Below are positions 1-14,282 of a DNA stretch of 64,000 bases, piece by piece. A program made the translations under genes and the position numbers. Each line of letters starts with the position of its first letter. The stretch's first letter is position 1. The notes under the pieces were generated by a model. The model searched no databases. It was not told the DNA's origin and saw nothing but the letters and a program-made list of their open reading frames with translations. This DNA comes from Laetmonice hystrix. Taxonomy: Eukaryota. The stretch lies in assembly GCA_965235115.1 (NCBI GenBank), contig OZ249436.1, positions 12,276,001 through 12,340,000 on the forward strand, written 5' to 3'.

Positions 1-299
1 ATCAATATTTTACTATACCCAGTTACAGGCTGGCACCATGGAGAATATCCTATCATCTTTAAACGATTATATCACTGTTTAATTAATGATCTGAGTTGTA
101 TTCATCACAGCAGAAAATGACTAGATGATCATCACTGGATGCTTAGTGAAGTTCTGTATCATTTCTAATTTTTCTATTACAAAGAATCAAAGAACGCAAA
201 GGAAATCATCTTCTTAGGTAAGTAGTGAACGTCGTCTACTCCTCAGCAGGTGATCAAGGTATTTTGTGATAATTAAACAGTATGGAAAATCTTTTGAGA

Positions 300-2760
300 A
301 TTTTTCTACGAACTTCCTTCGGCATTGACCGACTTACTGGTAGTTCTAACACTAGAAATATTTAATGTATCTTGGTACGTTCTTTAACATACCGATATAT
401 AAGCGTAAAAAGCCTCCTTTAAGATGGCCTCGTGTTGCCTTCAGACTCTTGAACCTGAGATGAGAAGGAAAGCCTTCCTGAATCCGACGCATGGAATGGT
501 ATCCAGGGGACTGATAGATGGGTCTGTTATCCATGGCTGCGATGTTCACTCAACACCTCACCCAGCCTGACAATATAATCTGTGTCGAGGCTTCTTCCAC
601 GCGGCTCACATGGAGAAATCAAGCAATCAGCCGAAATGGTAAAAGCAGGCCTGACAGTCCTCGTGGGGTTTCCTCATCACTGAAACATGACATGTTTGGG
701 CCATCTTACAGTAAGATTAGAAGTGGATATTCCAACATTTCCTAATGGACTGACCTTTTTGATATTCACACCTCCTGGGTTTTGAATTGCCTCTCATTAA
801 TGACGTAACCATGACCCCTGTGAAATTCCTCCATATCATTCCTTTATATGCCAGCCGGCTGCATCGTTGACCGTTCCCATTGATACCGAAGATTAAAACT
901 GCTTTTAGTATTTGCATCCTGATAGTTTCAAAATAATTCTTCAATTTCAATGCCTAGTTTCCTTCTTTTTTAAATAATAATAATTATAAAAATACATAGT
1001 TATCGTTAATACTACTGCTGTAATGTGACAGTGTCAAAACTGAGCCTTCTACCAGACTCTCAAACGATGGATAAAAGACAAATACGATTAATAGTAAGGT
1101 GCATGTCTTGTCAAATGTTTTTCATAATTCCACACCCATTAGTGCTCCTAACTGTGCACTACTGCAGGCAAAAAGCGTTATTATCCACATCCAGCTGCTC
1201 AACTCTTCCGGTAGGTTTCAGTTCGCAGTAACTTGGAACACAGCGGCATACGTTTGTGTGAGGGCGGGAGTGGGGGGGGGGGGGTTGTAAAAATGGACTT
1301 CCCTCAACTTTGTATTTGCAAGACTTCAAAGACGGACCGTAATCTGATAAGGAAACTGAAACCAAGATCCACCATTCAGGTCAGATTAAGCCAGCTCTGA
1401 TCAAAGCCGAATGAAAAGTGAGTCTGCTGAATTTTCATTCAAATCAATCAGAAGCACTGATCTCATTTTCAATTTGAGCACGATTTGCACAGACAATGCC
1501 CTACAGATCTTCGTCCCTGGCATGTCACAAGTGTCAAATACAGCCATCATAACTCACACCAAGGTCAGGAACTCTCCCACAAAAACTTGACACCGACCTG
1601 CCTACTACTAGGAAACATCTGATAACCCAAGCTGTGCAAAGCTCGGTCGGGAATCCTGAGCGTGTTCAGTGAAACGCAACACAAAACCCGCTGACAGATT
1701 CGTTCGTAGGTCTGAAAGTAATTCACGTTCTGAGCACAATCATTGCGGAGGATGTTCAATCCTTCCACCTACTCGCGGATCTGTTCATCTCTTCTATCCA
1801 CTTCTCATATATGACCCTGAGAAACCGCTGTCATGATGTGAGATGAGGTCAACTATTTTCTATTTGGTTGGAGTAAAATAATCTTCAAAGTGTGTCTGGT
1901 AACTACTTGATATCTTTCTCTCTCTGCCTGAAAGAACTTGATCGTAAAATTATATTCGAAGTGGAAATTCGTTGGATGACGCCTTCAGTATCACAATCAC
2001 CTAATCCAAAGCATTTTCTCACAGATTAATTGTCTTAAAACCCGCTGGTAGATCGACTGGCAGGTTTAGTCTGTGGCATGGAAGATAAGCATAGGATGTA
2101 CCAAGGCAGGCCAATCATGATAAGTAAAACGAAGCAGCAGTAAAGCTCAATTTTTGGCATCACTAGCGTGTTATCACGAAGATCTATGATGGTCTTAGTT
2201 GCCCATGAGGATATTCAAATGATCACGTGAAATCCAAGTGGAAAATGAACCGATTCACTCCCAGACTTGAATGTCTCTCCTTCAAATGCCGCTCTACCCT
2301 GGTTTTACAGCTCGTAATCTGACAAAGTCTTTCAAAGGAGTCATTAGAGAAAACGTTTTCAAGTATTAAACAACTATGATAGGGCACTACAATTCGTCTA
2401 CATCGGTGTGCTTTGAAGTAAAGTAGAATCAATTTCCAAACGATTAGATTTCCTTCAAAGTGTACATTTGCCGCCCTAGTTTTGACAAAAAAAACCTCAT
2501 TACTCATGTGAGACAGAATTACTTCCGCTAACGCGGGAGTATTCTGGACTCCCACATCAGCAAGCAAATAATTCCAACAATGCCTCTTTAAGAACCCTCA
2601 ACATACAGTCGAGCTCTTCCACAGTGATTAAAGCTAAAGTATTCCTCTTGTCAGAAACGTGTGTGAGCGTGGTTTTCAGCACGGTAAAAGGCTTCAGGAA
2701 CGTTGAATCTGCGCCTGAGGACCCCAATCATAGCGAATAGAAGGGGAGTTATCTACTCGA
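300..2760 (-). mobile_element. Highly decayed Gypsy-type LTR retrotransposon remnant (gag, protease end/spacer, integrase core; RT not seen)
   Basis: Frameshifted motifs read by hand. Gag-like LRRRFNVPEAFYRAE near 2650-2720. Post-protease TKTIIDLRDNTLV near 2160-2200. Integrase-like GINGNGQRCSRL (cf. PQSNGxVERFNRTL) near 860-890 and DYIVRLGEVLSE (cf. DYVxxLxxxL) near 550-590. Confidence 0.45.
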
Positions 2761-3025
2761 GTGTTTCCTTCTCATCTTCAATCAATCATCTACACCCAGT
2801 GAAAGGACTAAATGCGTTCAAATACTACTTCTTCAGTATCTCCTGCAGATGGCCAACAGATGGCGACAGGGCGTAAAATCACCCATTACCCCCTCCTAAT
2901 ATATCACCGACCCCTCCATCCTAATATCTCTCCCATCACTCCCGCCTAACGCGACGACTTTCTCCTCGTATATCACCGATCAGTCACCACTAATAGAATT
3001 TCAATCATCACCCTCTCCCCCCATT

Positions 3026-4365
3026 GTCACAACAGTCTGGGATAACTGACCTCTTTTTACACACCCATCATTGATGTCATGGCGACACTCTGGGATAACT
3101 GACCTTTTCTTACACACCCATCATTGATGTCATGACAACACTCTGGGATCACTGACCTCTTCTTACACACCCATCATTGGTGTCATGACGACACTCTGGG
3201 ATCACTGACCTCTTTTTTACAAAACCCATCATTGATGTCATGACAACACTCTGGGATAACTGACCTCTTCTTACACACCCATCATTGATGTCATGACGAC
3301 ACTCTGGGATAAACGACCTCTTCTTACACACCCATCATTGATGTCATGACGACACTCTGGGATAACTGACCTCTTCTTACACACCCATCATTGATGTCAT
3401 GACGACACTCTGGGATAACTGACCTCTTCTTACACACCCATCATTGATGTCATGACGACACTCTGGGATAACTGACCTCTTCTTACACACCCATCATTGA
3501 TGTCATGACGACACTCTGGGATAAACGACCTCTTCTTACACACCCATCATTGATGTCATGACGACACTCTGGGATAACTGACCTCTTCTTACACACCCAT
3601 CATTGATGTCATGACGACACTCTGGGATAAACGACCTCTTTTTTACAAAACCCATCATTGATGTCATGACAACACTCTGGGATCACTGACCTTCTTACAC
3701 ACCCATCATTGGTGTCATGACAACACTCTGGGATCACTGACCTTTTCTTACACACCCATCATTGATGTCATGACGACACTCTGAGATCACTGACCTTTTC
3801 TTACACACCCATCATTGATGTCATGACAACACTCTGGGATCACTGACCTTTTCTTACACACCCATCATTGATGTCATGACGACACTCTGGGATAACCGAC
3901 CTCTTCTTACACACCCATCATTGATGTCATGACGACACTCTGGGATCACTGACCCCTTCTTACACACCCATCATTGATGTCATGACAACACTCTGGGGTA
4001 ACTGACCTCTTCATACACACCCATCATTGATGTCATGGCGACACTCTGGGATAACTGACCTCTTCATACACACCCATCATTGATGTCATGGCGACACTCT
4101 GGGATAACTGACCTCTTCTTACAAAACCCATCATTGATGTCATGACGACACTCTGGGATCACTGACCTCTTCTTACAAAACCCATCATTGATGTCATGAC
4201 GACACTCTGGGATAACTGACCTCTTCTTACAAAACCCATCATTGATGTCATGGCGACACTCTGGGATAACCGACCTCTTCTTACACACCCATCATTGATG
4301 TCATGGCGACACTCTGAGATATCTGACCTCTTCTTACAACAGTTACACCCATCATTGATGTCATG
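3026..4365. repeat. Tandem minisatellite, about 53-bp unit, about 25 copies
   Basis: Unit ctctgggataactgacctcttcttacacacccatcattgatgtcatgacgaca repeated head-to-tail with point variants (gataactg/gatcactg/gataaacg; acacaccc/acaaaaccc) and no unique spacers. Confidence 0.97.
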
Positions 4366-4950
4366 GAGTCCTAAGTTTTGATGTTGTCTGTGAACTACCA
4401 TTACAACCTACCTAACGTGTGTCCTCTTGTCGGAAGGTGAAAACACTTCAACTCACCCTCTTTCCCTGAGGATATGTTGTTCTTTTCATACTTTCCAAGT
4501 CTCTAGTCCCTACTTCATATAACAGGTTTCTACTGCTGCCTCCAAAACCTGAGCCACTGGAAGCAAGGTTTGTCATACAGATATAAAGCGATATTCTCCT
4601 TCAAATCCTTCATCATCTACTTGTCTCAGCCGTTACCTCTCCTGTATTGCAGTCTCCATCACTGATACGGTATCAATCACACTGAGGATGTCCATTTGTC
4701 CATCCAACCAGACACGGCCAAAATGACTTGCCAATCTCCAGCTACAGTCAAGCTGACCAGCATACAAGTTAACGGCTGGGAACAGACATCATCACATATC
4801 ATCAGTGGCTCGTTCAGCGATCCCACAGTAGTTTTCACAGATTATGGTTCTTGTCCAGGAAAATACTACCCAGGGAAAAATTCGGACAGACTTAGTGCCA
4901 TTAGAAAGATGTTTATGTCGCACTCCCATAAAAACAAAGGACTCGCTTGA
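4366..4950 (-). mobile_element. Decayed RTE-like LINE, 3' part of ORF
   Basis: Minus-strand translation GRL*W*FTDNIKT resembles the RTE C-terminal GRPRxxWxDNIK. The upstream METAIQER*RLR resembles FEMxCYRRxLR. Heavily mutated. Confidence 0.3.
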
Positions 4951-7534
4951 CGTAACCATGATTATATAATATTTTGTAGTTATAAAATTGTACACGACTT
5001 TACATTTACGCATACTAAGGTATCACTAGGTAAGGCATGTATGTCAGCTGTCAGGACAAAGCTTCAACTTCTACCAACATCGATTCTTTAAGTGTGAACG
5101 CACCCTGCATCAATTCTTTACACTGTGTAACCCATGACAATTTGCTCTACCGGCAAACCACAACTCTTGACAAAATATTGACACTGTCATCATAACCTGA
5201 TAGATATTTTATCTTTATCAAAATACAACATCCTGGTGACAAACATAACGGATGACTCATCTTACATGAGTAGGAGAACGAAAGTGGCACCCACAGCATT
5301 TTTAGTGCGAGTTAACGATCCAAAGACAGGGTTTCCTGGAGGATTTGGCCTTTCAAGGGGAGTCGACGGACTCGGTGGATTTCAACATAAAACATACAGC
5401 CAGAACACCTTTTGGGGCGGTAAATGATTTCTTTTTTGGAGGGGGTGGGGGTGGAATCGCGAATCTTTTTTTCATGAGACTTTCCCTGATCTTAAGAAAT
5501 GACCAAAGTCACAGTGAAAATATCTCATTTCTGTTATTCAGCTGATGAACCTCTGGATGCACGAAGCTGATACTAATCCTCAGCAGTTACAGCTAGGTGT
5601 TCTGTGAAGGCCGTGAAGCCCCCCCCCCCCCCCCCAGTAGATGACGACCCATCCTGTGGCCTCCACCGACTGCAGACAGAGTGTAACCGGACCCCTCACG
5701 GGACGCTATTGTCACAGATATTATGCAGGTATGTGGGATGGCTCATGGTGCATGCGAATGGCACGTTGTCTGAGAAACAGCAGTCCTCATCTTTGATACA
5801 TCAGGACGCGTGGCCTTCAGGCGTTACAGTCCTTGTGCTCTGACTCGCTCTAATGTTTTATGAACATAAAGCATGCAAAATGGCAGGGACAAAAGACTTT
5901 TCTGAATAAAGGATTGAAAAAAACTATGCAGAAATGACCAATACTAAATAATTTCATAAGGCTCGCCAAATGTTTGCCAACATCTTTACTTGGTAGATTT
6001 CTTTTTATCTAACTAATATAGTCTACCAACATTACTGAATCATCAGTAGCCCACTTTGTAAACCAATTTCATACTAACATGACACCAGCATTCTGCTGAT
6101 AGCTACTTCCAGATACTCATGATGACAACCTCAGGGTCGGGTGTCAACAATGACTAATCCTTCATGCCATCAGATAACCCGTATTTGGCAATCATGATGT
6201 ATCAAGTTTGTACAGGGACTATAAAACAGAAGTTGATAGCTTGTTATAGACGAAGAGTGAATTCACTGAAAGAATTACTGAATCTTCGACAATTCGGTTT
6301 CTCAAATCACCTCCCACTTTAATAATTTGGGATTTTAATAACATGTGGAATTGCCAATATTATTTGTAACTAAAACAGATTTGTCAAGTAACTAATTTAC
6401 ATGACATGTTTTAAGTTTCAAACTCGAAGCATGAAAAGAATTCTGATTTCTGTCAGTCCCAGGGTCTGCTACTTTGTCAATGTGACAAGAACGTCCTTCA
6501 AACATGCGTTAAAGGACATCCAGCACATACTTGATGCAACAGAAGCATTAAATAAAATTGGTCACATTCACATCGTTTCTGTGTCGTATACGCTCACAGA
6601 ACTGTGACTTCATTATCTGTGTTCCGTTCAGATCATGAACTTAAGAATTCGCGTTTTTGGCATATGTGGGTGCATCCCTTGAATTATTTTTGAATCAATA
6701 ATTATTATCAAAATGAGAAAATCTAAAGGTGTTGGTTCACAAGTATAGAAATTCAAAGGATCGTGTTGTACCGGTAAATAAAAGGTTGTGTTTTTATGTT
6801 TTAATATTCCAGTGAATACTGGCGTATAAATCACTTAAGTTAAAAATTATGTCTTTCATTTCACTTTCTTTACTGAACGACAGAAGATCAATTAGTGTGT
6901 AGGCGACTAGTACAAAAGCAGTTTACATGATTAATCACAGACCTATATCTAATAATAAGCAATGAAAAATGTTTTTGTTCTAGTTGTGACACTGTGTGTC
7001 TAACTGACACAAATAATGTTTCACATTCATTTAGGAACAGAGGCTGGCCAACAAATTACGATTCACTCTGTTGCTTTTATACAATATTACATAAACACAT
7101 ACATTACACACATTATCAATCATAGGCTTAAAATCGCTGAGGTGTAAAATGAAATTTGCAGTTCGGTTTCTGACTGGTTACGCATTTGCAGTGGCATCGT
7201 TTATAACACTTGAAAGAATTAGGAACACGTCACACAACTTCGTAGATCACGATAAAGTTTAAGTCACCCGTGCGCATTTGAGATTAATTGACCGAACTGG
7301 CCGAAGACGAAGACTCAGTATCACGAAATTTTGATTCATACCTCATCAACTGATGCTCTAATGAATAGAGTCTAAGCATATTAACGGCTGCATGAGCCTT
7401 TCTATAGAGTAGACATCCTTTAAACTGATATATTGTCATATTAGTCAGACTGTCATAGAACTTTAGACGTGATTGAAGGAGGATAGGGATTGGACTTAAT
7501 CACCTCGGCACCAGACAGGGTCATAGGCAGTTAG

Positions 7535-7566
7535 ATTTACTGGTGGAGGAAACTAGAGTACCCGGG
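7535..7566 (+). mobile_element. SINE central-domain-like fragment
   Basis: ggtggaggaaactagagtacccggg resembles the GGAGGAAACCGGAGTACCCGG core of V-domain-type SINEs; short match only. Confidence 0.3.
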
Positions 7567-7989
7567 TGAGCCTATACTAATCATTCCAAGTGACCATGTA
7601 GCAATTACAATCATTCCCAAGTAAGAAAGGAGAGGGATCTGAACTTAAATGGGAGAAACTCTGTGCTCACAAACTAGACTCAGACTCACAAACTGAAAAA
7701 GGCAAGCAGTGACTAATACCACAGTACAACGGGAGACAGAGATTTTAACACGACTGCACAGTTCACAGTTCAATACAGGACACAAATGTTTCCTGTATAG
7801 ATTTCGTGTCAAGAAACAATTTTTTCTCAACCCACACGGCAGGCCTTCTACGTATATATAGGCAAAGCTCCCTTTTTGAGGTGGAATGGGGGGTGGGGGG
7901 GGGAGGAGGGGCAGGAATCCACTGAAATGCCTTGTCTTGAAGCGAGGCAAGAAAAATACATTGCTGAATCTCGATGGCCTAACCGATGG

Positions 7990-8445
7990 AAACCGTTAGA
8001 AGAGGAATAGAGGCACTTATCTTTTTGTCCACATGGTTGGATGGAGAGACAATGTTATTTGTCTGGGATTGCAAAATGACATCTGTGTTTGCTTCCCACA
8101 AATGCCAGTGTTCAGCGGAGCTGAATGTCTGACTGACAGAGCTTTGCCAACCATACATAGGGTTTCCCTTCACTGCATACATCCCCTACCTCTTGTACAT
8201 CCCCCGCACAAACAGTGTCTGAGCAACTGCCTGCAGTTTGTACACCCCATGCAGTGTTTTAATAATACATCTCTCTTGAGAGCACTAGACAGGTCCAATG
8301 CTGGACAGTCTCACAGAAATATTTGTCCGGCTTGCAAAACCAACAATCGGCAGATTTCTGGTGTCATAAACCATGCCGCGATACAAAGCTGGAAAATAAC
8401 GTTGATTTCCCTCGAGTCTGCCAGGCGCCTTGTTATCTGTCATAT
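7990..8445 (-). mobile_element. Decayed RTE LINE apurinic endonuclease fragment
   Basis: Ordered motifs TRRLADSREI (cf. ETRLADSG), ISVRLSSIGP (cf. RLLSIRLxT), VCAGDV (cf. xxGDFNARVG) and LNT (cf. IxNTxF), with frameshifts. Confidence 0.5.
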
Positions 8446-8499
8446 GTAATAAGAAAACACAAACCGTCTGCTGGTGACTAGTACCCCTCTAAACAAGCG

Positions 8500-9150
8500 G
8501 AGAAAGGGATGGGGGATTTATAGATAGAAACTGGGATGTATTAAAGTACAATCCGACAGCAGTACCGGTCTTTATGACCGTCTGCTGCGACTCCAAAGTT
8601 CTTTCCTAAATTTCCCTTCTTCTTTCTTAAATACATTTCTATAGATATGGACAATGTATAATTCTGCATACTAAAACTTTGGTTCGTCATCTTCTTCAAG
8701 AGGAAAGCCCCTATCACCCACTCACGTACCACCATGTGTTACAGTTCGTTTGTATTCTATCGACATGGCGTGTATATCAACTGTCCAGTGCAAGCCTCCA
8801 TTCCTTCCCACTACTAGAGCAAACCCTACGGCGGTCGTCAGTACTATTTTTCCCCGCAGTAATCTACTGAAAATCCCGTCCAGCATCAATCTCTCTGAAC
8901 GAAGCATTGCTGGTGTAAGCCGTTAACTGTGTGTCTATGAGAGCATCGATCTCCTGTCAGAGCAGCCTTGACAGTGTCTCTCCTCATCGCATCAATCTAC
9001 CCAGTTCCATGCACAATACCAATCAGGAACTGTGCAGCATCAGTTCATTTCGCACCTTTAACGTTTTTTAAAAGAAGTTGCACGCCTGCTCTACTATTAA
9101 CCCCAACAGAAGCGATGACTAAATCTTGCTGCCATGTTGGTCTCTTTACG
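8500..9150 (-). mobile_element. Decayed PIF/Harbinger-like DDE transposase fragment
   Basis: Ordered motifs IDA (cf. GAIDG), SFREIDAG (cf. FxxVDAG), GDRGFPLEE (cf. GDxGYPL) and KNFGVAA (cf. ENxFGxL), with stops and frameshifts. Confidence 0.5.
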
Positions 9151-10599
9151 AGAATAATTCGTCGTATGGTTCAGTCCCTCCAAGAAATCCTATTCCATAA
9201 ATGAAGCTTAAAATACTAATACACTTCCTTCTCATTAGATTCCTTTATCAGAACGCGACGTGTGTAATTAATACGAGCCTCATTCAGATCAGCATTTTCT
9301 TGGTTCACTAAATGGGGTAAAAAAGTAATTACTTATTAGAAAACTTGTCAATTTACAACTTGCCAGAAATTGCTTATATCAGGATTTGCACTTAATCTAA
9401 CTTCTTCATTTTTTTCTCCTGTATCTTAGATTCTCTAAAGCAACACGAGGCTTTAAAAAGTTATCAATTTACATCCTCTGCCGCAGTATGCATCAATAAG
9501 CTCGATAACATCTCCATCTATTAAAAACTTTCACACACGTCGCTGATTTACTGAAAAATAATTCAGATATTAAATCAATATATTCTATTAAGAGCTCCTT
9601 GAGTTCTATTTTCCTTCCTAATCTGTGGTAAGGTTTAATCTGGTTCATCCGCATACTTTAGGTATAACAAGCAGTACTGGTACTAGCACAAATTATTTCT
9701 GGAAGGAAAGACTGTACCAAGGATGCCTGCAGCAAACACTATTTCCATCTACTACTTACACTGGGTATTGGTTTACATGTGTACATTGTTACTGGATGGC
9801 AAGAACCTGAAGCTGGGCAAATTACCAAACTGGGCTGCTCAAAGTCAAATCTGGTAACGTACGGTAATAACGATGACGAACCTGAGCTCAATATACAGAC
9901 ACAAGATCCTAAAGACGTTCACAAGGTAAATGACATGTCGCATTTGCTGATCATATAACTGACACAACGTTACCTGCCAAAGGCAACTTCTACCGTGTCT
10001 TTAGAAACGCAGTTAATATTTCAGTTCTTAAGACACGCAAAACTAAAGACACCACTAGAACCAGGCGCGTGTTTAGATTATAGTGCCTTCAGGCGGTTGT
10101 TCTCATCCTCTCCAGGAAGAAACAATAGAAATCTATAACCTTCCACAGTGACTAAGCCGCTAGGACACCGTAATAGTCCAGGAACAGTGCCAAGCTCTCT
10201 TCAAACGACGACTGCTACTCAATAGTCAGCAGAATGAGGGAAACACAAAGCCAACAACCTTATGGATATCGCTGCCACGACAAGAAGATCTCCAAGATCT
10301 CCTGATGAGGCCCGACGACGGCATCATGAATCGGCAGCCGGCAACGCCCCCTGTGGGCCGAATGTCGACCTACCGCCCGAGTCCTCCACCCCCAGCCCGG
10401 CTTTCTCCGGTCAACTTTGTATGCAGGGGGTCGATTCGATTGTGGACTCATCCAAAGCACAACTAGATCGGTTGCCTTTGGCCCCCACAAATTTAGATTG
10501 TAATATAACAAACACCTAAGGATTCAGACTGATTATACCGACATCGCCTTCACCCGGCCTGCCCTGGGGTCGGCTGTAATATCTAAGGGAGTCTGCTTG

Positions 10600-12460
10600 G
10601 ATTTCACTTGATTAGATTACCAAGTGTGCGGGTCTTAACTCACCCGTAAACGAATGTGCCCCTGCCAACCCAACTTGGAGATCCCCTCTGAAGCTGATAC
10701 CAGGCTTATAAGAGTAGAGTGGGCAGTTTTGTTCTGTCTCATCTATTTTCATTCTGAAGACCAAGTCGGAAGAGCTTTGATGGGATAACGAGGGAGTGGT
10801 ACAAAGTAATTCTAGGAGGTGTGCGGCTGCCAGTGCTAGAGAATCTATATGAATGTGGCCGGGATACAAGGGCCAACCGCCCACTTCCTCACTGACATTT
10901 CTTCCTCGTCTGCTTCTCCAGCACAATGTCCTAACCACTACTTCAATCACTAGAACGGTAGAGATAACCATATGGCATCCATCCAAAGCCGTCAGCGGTG
11001 ACATTGCAGTGGTATAAAAAGTAGCGATAATTTCATGGCTAGCTGTTAGGAACAGAGAAGCGATTTTGAAAAGACAAGTAATTAATTTTCTAGTGGATGA
11101 CGGACAATATTGATCAAAGAGAAACAACAAGATTGTTTTTTTTGCTTAGCACTATAATAGTGGGCGAGTGAGTACGGGATAAAAACGAAGGAGCCAGTAG
11201 TATTTGCACGTTGTCCGATGGGCCATCTTCACTGGGACCGATGGCACTGCCCGTGACAGATGACAAAGCTATATGAGTGGCTTCATATGACCTTCCTGGG
11301 ATTGCACCGGATCTATTCTATCTCCAAGCCATATATACGAGGCAGCTAATGCAGACAATCCTAAACATGTGTCTATTACAGGAATTTGGGATTGCTTATA
11401 CAACAATATTTGCGACTTGATCTAAACCAAGTTAGACTGAGATTATGTGCTATTGCCTACATCAGTTACTGACGGGAGTAACAGGAACTACTGTCTGATT
11501 ACACCGACATGAGTGACAGTAGTATCATTGACCACAACCGTACCTGTGACAGGAATTTGAGATCAACAACACGACTCACCACTGCAGTACACCAGCCAGC
11601 AATATGTGATTGACTACACTGCCTAACAATTCCTCATTAACTCCAGCTATTCCGTCAGCAATTCTTTCAGTTATGTGTGGACTAATCTGTGCTTAGCTAC
11701 ACCAGTGTTACAGTGTACCACCACGCTGAGATTAAATACATGAGTACACTTGGCGAGTAATCAGCGAGGATGAGACGCGGCTGCCCCCCTGATCGGGCCC
11801 GGCCTCTGTGGGCGTGTCAGTCCGGCATGCAGGTTCACCGGTCTCTGTATCCGACAGGCGGCAACGTCAGCCACTCACCGTAAGCAGTTCGGCACGGCCT
11901 CAGCGGATAGAAGATGCAAATTATATTCTCCCTAATTAACTGGGAGGTGTTCCATAGGAGCTAGCATCAAAGTGAGAGCTTTAAAAGTTCGTTGGAAAAG
12001 ATGGTATTTGTGATCAGAAAAAGGTATGAAAGCACTTGCCAATGACTGAATGAATGACGGTCTGAAGGAATATTATGGTGCCACGTCTAATATCTGCCAT
12101 CCATCTGTACATTATTGATGGGTCGCTCTGTAACCGTAGATCTAGATCTGCTGTAACCATAGACATACACCTCACATGAGATTTACCGGTCTGATCTTCA
12201 TCCCGATCCTACCGTCTCAAGTTACTGATTGCTTCTGACACTGGTCAGTCCTGACCATCGACCGTATCCTCAGGCTGAGCGGTCGCCTGCCCATCATCTC
12301 TGCTTAGATCCTACTGTCCCGATTTGGTATGCCAAGATAGAAACTCGCTAGGAGGTGCATCACCAGTCATTTCAGCCTTCTACTCCATCTCCCTGTCTCT
12401 ATTCTTCTGGCAGCTTGTCTAACCTGCACCCGCCTTGTCAATACTGAACCCGTCACATCA
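10600..12460 (-). mobile_element. Highly decayed Gypsy-type remnant (gag to start of RT)
   Basis: Gag-like sequence at 12100-12300, spacer-like VSRVVDL near 11560, and AIGPSEDGPSDNVQ..GS.RF near 11180-11250 (cf. IIEPSxSPWSSxIVLVxKKDGSxRFC). Confidence 0.35.
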
Positions 12461-13787
12461 ATCAGAGCATGTCAGGATTACAGCCGCAGCCCAATATCCA
12501 TCACTCCCACTGCAAATCTACATATCATGCAGCATGTCACTTTGTCTGGTGTGAAATGAACCGGGGAAACAACAAATATATTCTGGCGTCTCAATTGAAC
12601 ATCTCAAAAAATTGCATTATAAACGTCTTTTATATAGTACTCAAAACATTATCTAGACAGCAATATGTTCCATTTGACTAGAATTTAAATTGGAAACATT
12701 AACAGTATTTCTGCCTTCCCTTGTCAAACCGTTATCGTCAAATCTGATGATACAAAGACCGCACTTCAAAATTAACTGATATTTAAACAAGAAAATCTAT
12801 ACACATATTAGATATACTCTATACCACGTTAATAATCACATACTCGGTCACAAACACAATAATTCAAACTCGGTACTAATCTCAAAAGGCTTTGGTACAA
12901 ATACATCCGATTAACATAACTATGGCTAGAGGGATTATCAAAAATCAACTCTGTCGAGTAGAGCTACTTAATGATGGGGCCTTGGCTTCAGTAACATGAG
13001 ACCGTCAGACCAAATCCCATCAATCCCACGTAATGTTTTAGTCCACTGACAGTATGTATACAATATGTATACAAGATCGTTGTGCTCATCAATTCAGCTC
13101 CTATTTCTAGCTTATTTCCTATTCTGGTTCACTGAATCTTTAAGGTTAATTCTTGGACAGATCCCTTCTACACACAAACACCACAGGGACATTATTCCTC
13201 GTCTAGATGTCTATTGTAACTCAGGAGACACAATGGTTAACGGCGTAACAGATTGGTAGCTGGAAACTATATACTGAGCGGCAATGAAAACGCATAGGCT
13301 GAAAATATAGCTCAAATACTTATTTGAAAGCAACAGTCTCATTTGATATTGACAATAAACCACTGACTACTGGATTGGGGTAATAGACTAACTCAGAAAA
13401 AAACGTTCCTGTTCTCAAACAAAACACTTTGCACATCCGACTAGTGATGAAAATATATCCCGGTATACATTTGGACCTATGCGTTTTCATTGCTGTTCGG
13501 TATATCATACCACCCACTGCTGAGAGAGAACGAAAGGAAGAAACACGGAGAAATAATATTTCTATTCTTACTTCCGAACATTTCCCCATCAAAGGCCGCA
13601 GTAAATGAAATGTCTTTAGCTTAGCCTGTACGGCAGACAAAGCCGGTCTTATCTACGGACGGGTCAAAGACATCAATGTCATAGTCTCCTTCGTGGAGAG
13701 CCTTTGATCACAAACCACCTTTATTACATGGATACCGACAGCACTGCTACAGGTAATAATACTGGCCCCGTTCCCTAGGTATATATC

Positions 13788-14190
13788 TACTTACTTACTT
13801 ACTTACTTACTTACTTGCTGTCAAAGGGAAGGTAAGACACACAGAACAGGTGGATTTGGCAGTTTGGATGAAAATTGTTCTGGGGAATGGGAATGGGTAA
13901 TGAGGAAATGGTGGCCTTTCTGGAGGTCTCGGTCGCCGACGAGGTCAAGCGAGCCTCTCCAAGCGCCCCTACTCGGCGGGTTCTCTTCCGAATGGAGCGC
14001 CAATCTAAGAGGGAGGGTCACTTTGGGTCATCCAGGCTACAAGTGCTGCACTTTTCAGACGGACGAAGCCAGAGGAGGCAATCCACTCGTCGAGAAAGCA
14101 GTTCTCTCAATTGTGACTTGAAAGGCATGGGTTTCTTTGAGAAATCCGAACCTCTCTCAGAGTATTGAGGAGAGTATTTAGTTTTGTTTA
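13788..14190 (-). mobile_element. RTE LINE 3' end with (TAAG)n tail
   Basis: Minus translation KPMPFKSQLRELL...DWRSIRKR...ARL...RKA...FHPNCQ matches the layout of the RTE C-terminus. It ends in about 7 copies of TAAG (tact repeats at 13788-13816 on +), a typical RTE short-repeat tail. Confidence 0.7.
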
Positions 14191-14282
14191 GTCTCGGTTA
14201 CTTGATGAAAAGGAATACATCTAATTTATTGAAATATAACCTTCAACTCCCTTAATATTGTAAGCAGTCATATCACATTACG

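Noticed and set aside
3026-4365. CRISPR array (regular repeats with internal palindromes)
   Set aside because: Units are contiguous with no unique spacers, there are no cas genes, and the context is eukaryotic.
3149-4401. Repetitive Cys-containing ORFs (CKKRSVIPECRHDINDG)n
   Set aside because: By-products of the 53/54-bp minisatellite; frames shift between units.
8033-8449. Cys/His-rich ORF suggesting a TRIM B-box/RING or C2H2 gene
   Set aside because: Cys spacing does not fit a complete finger. The opposite strand gives ordered RTE endonuclease motifs.
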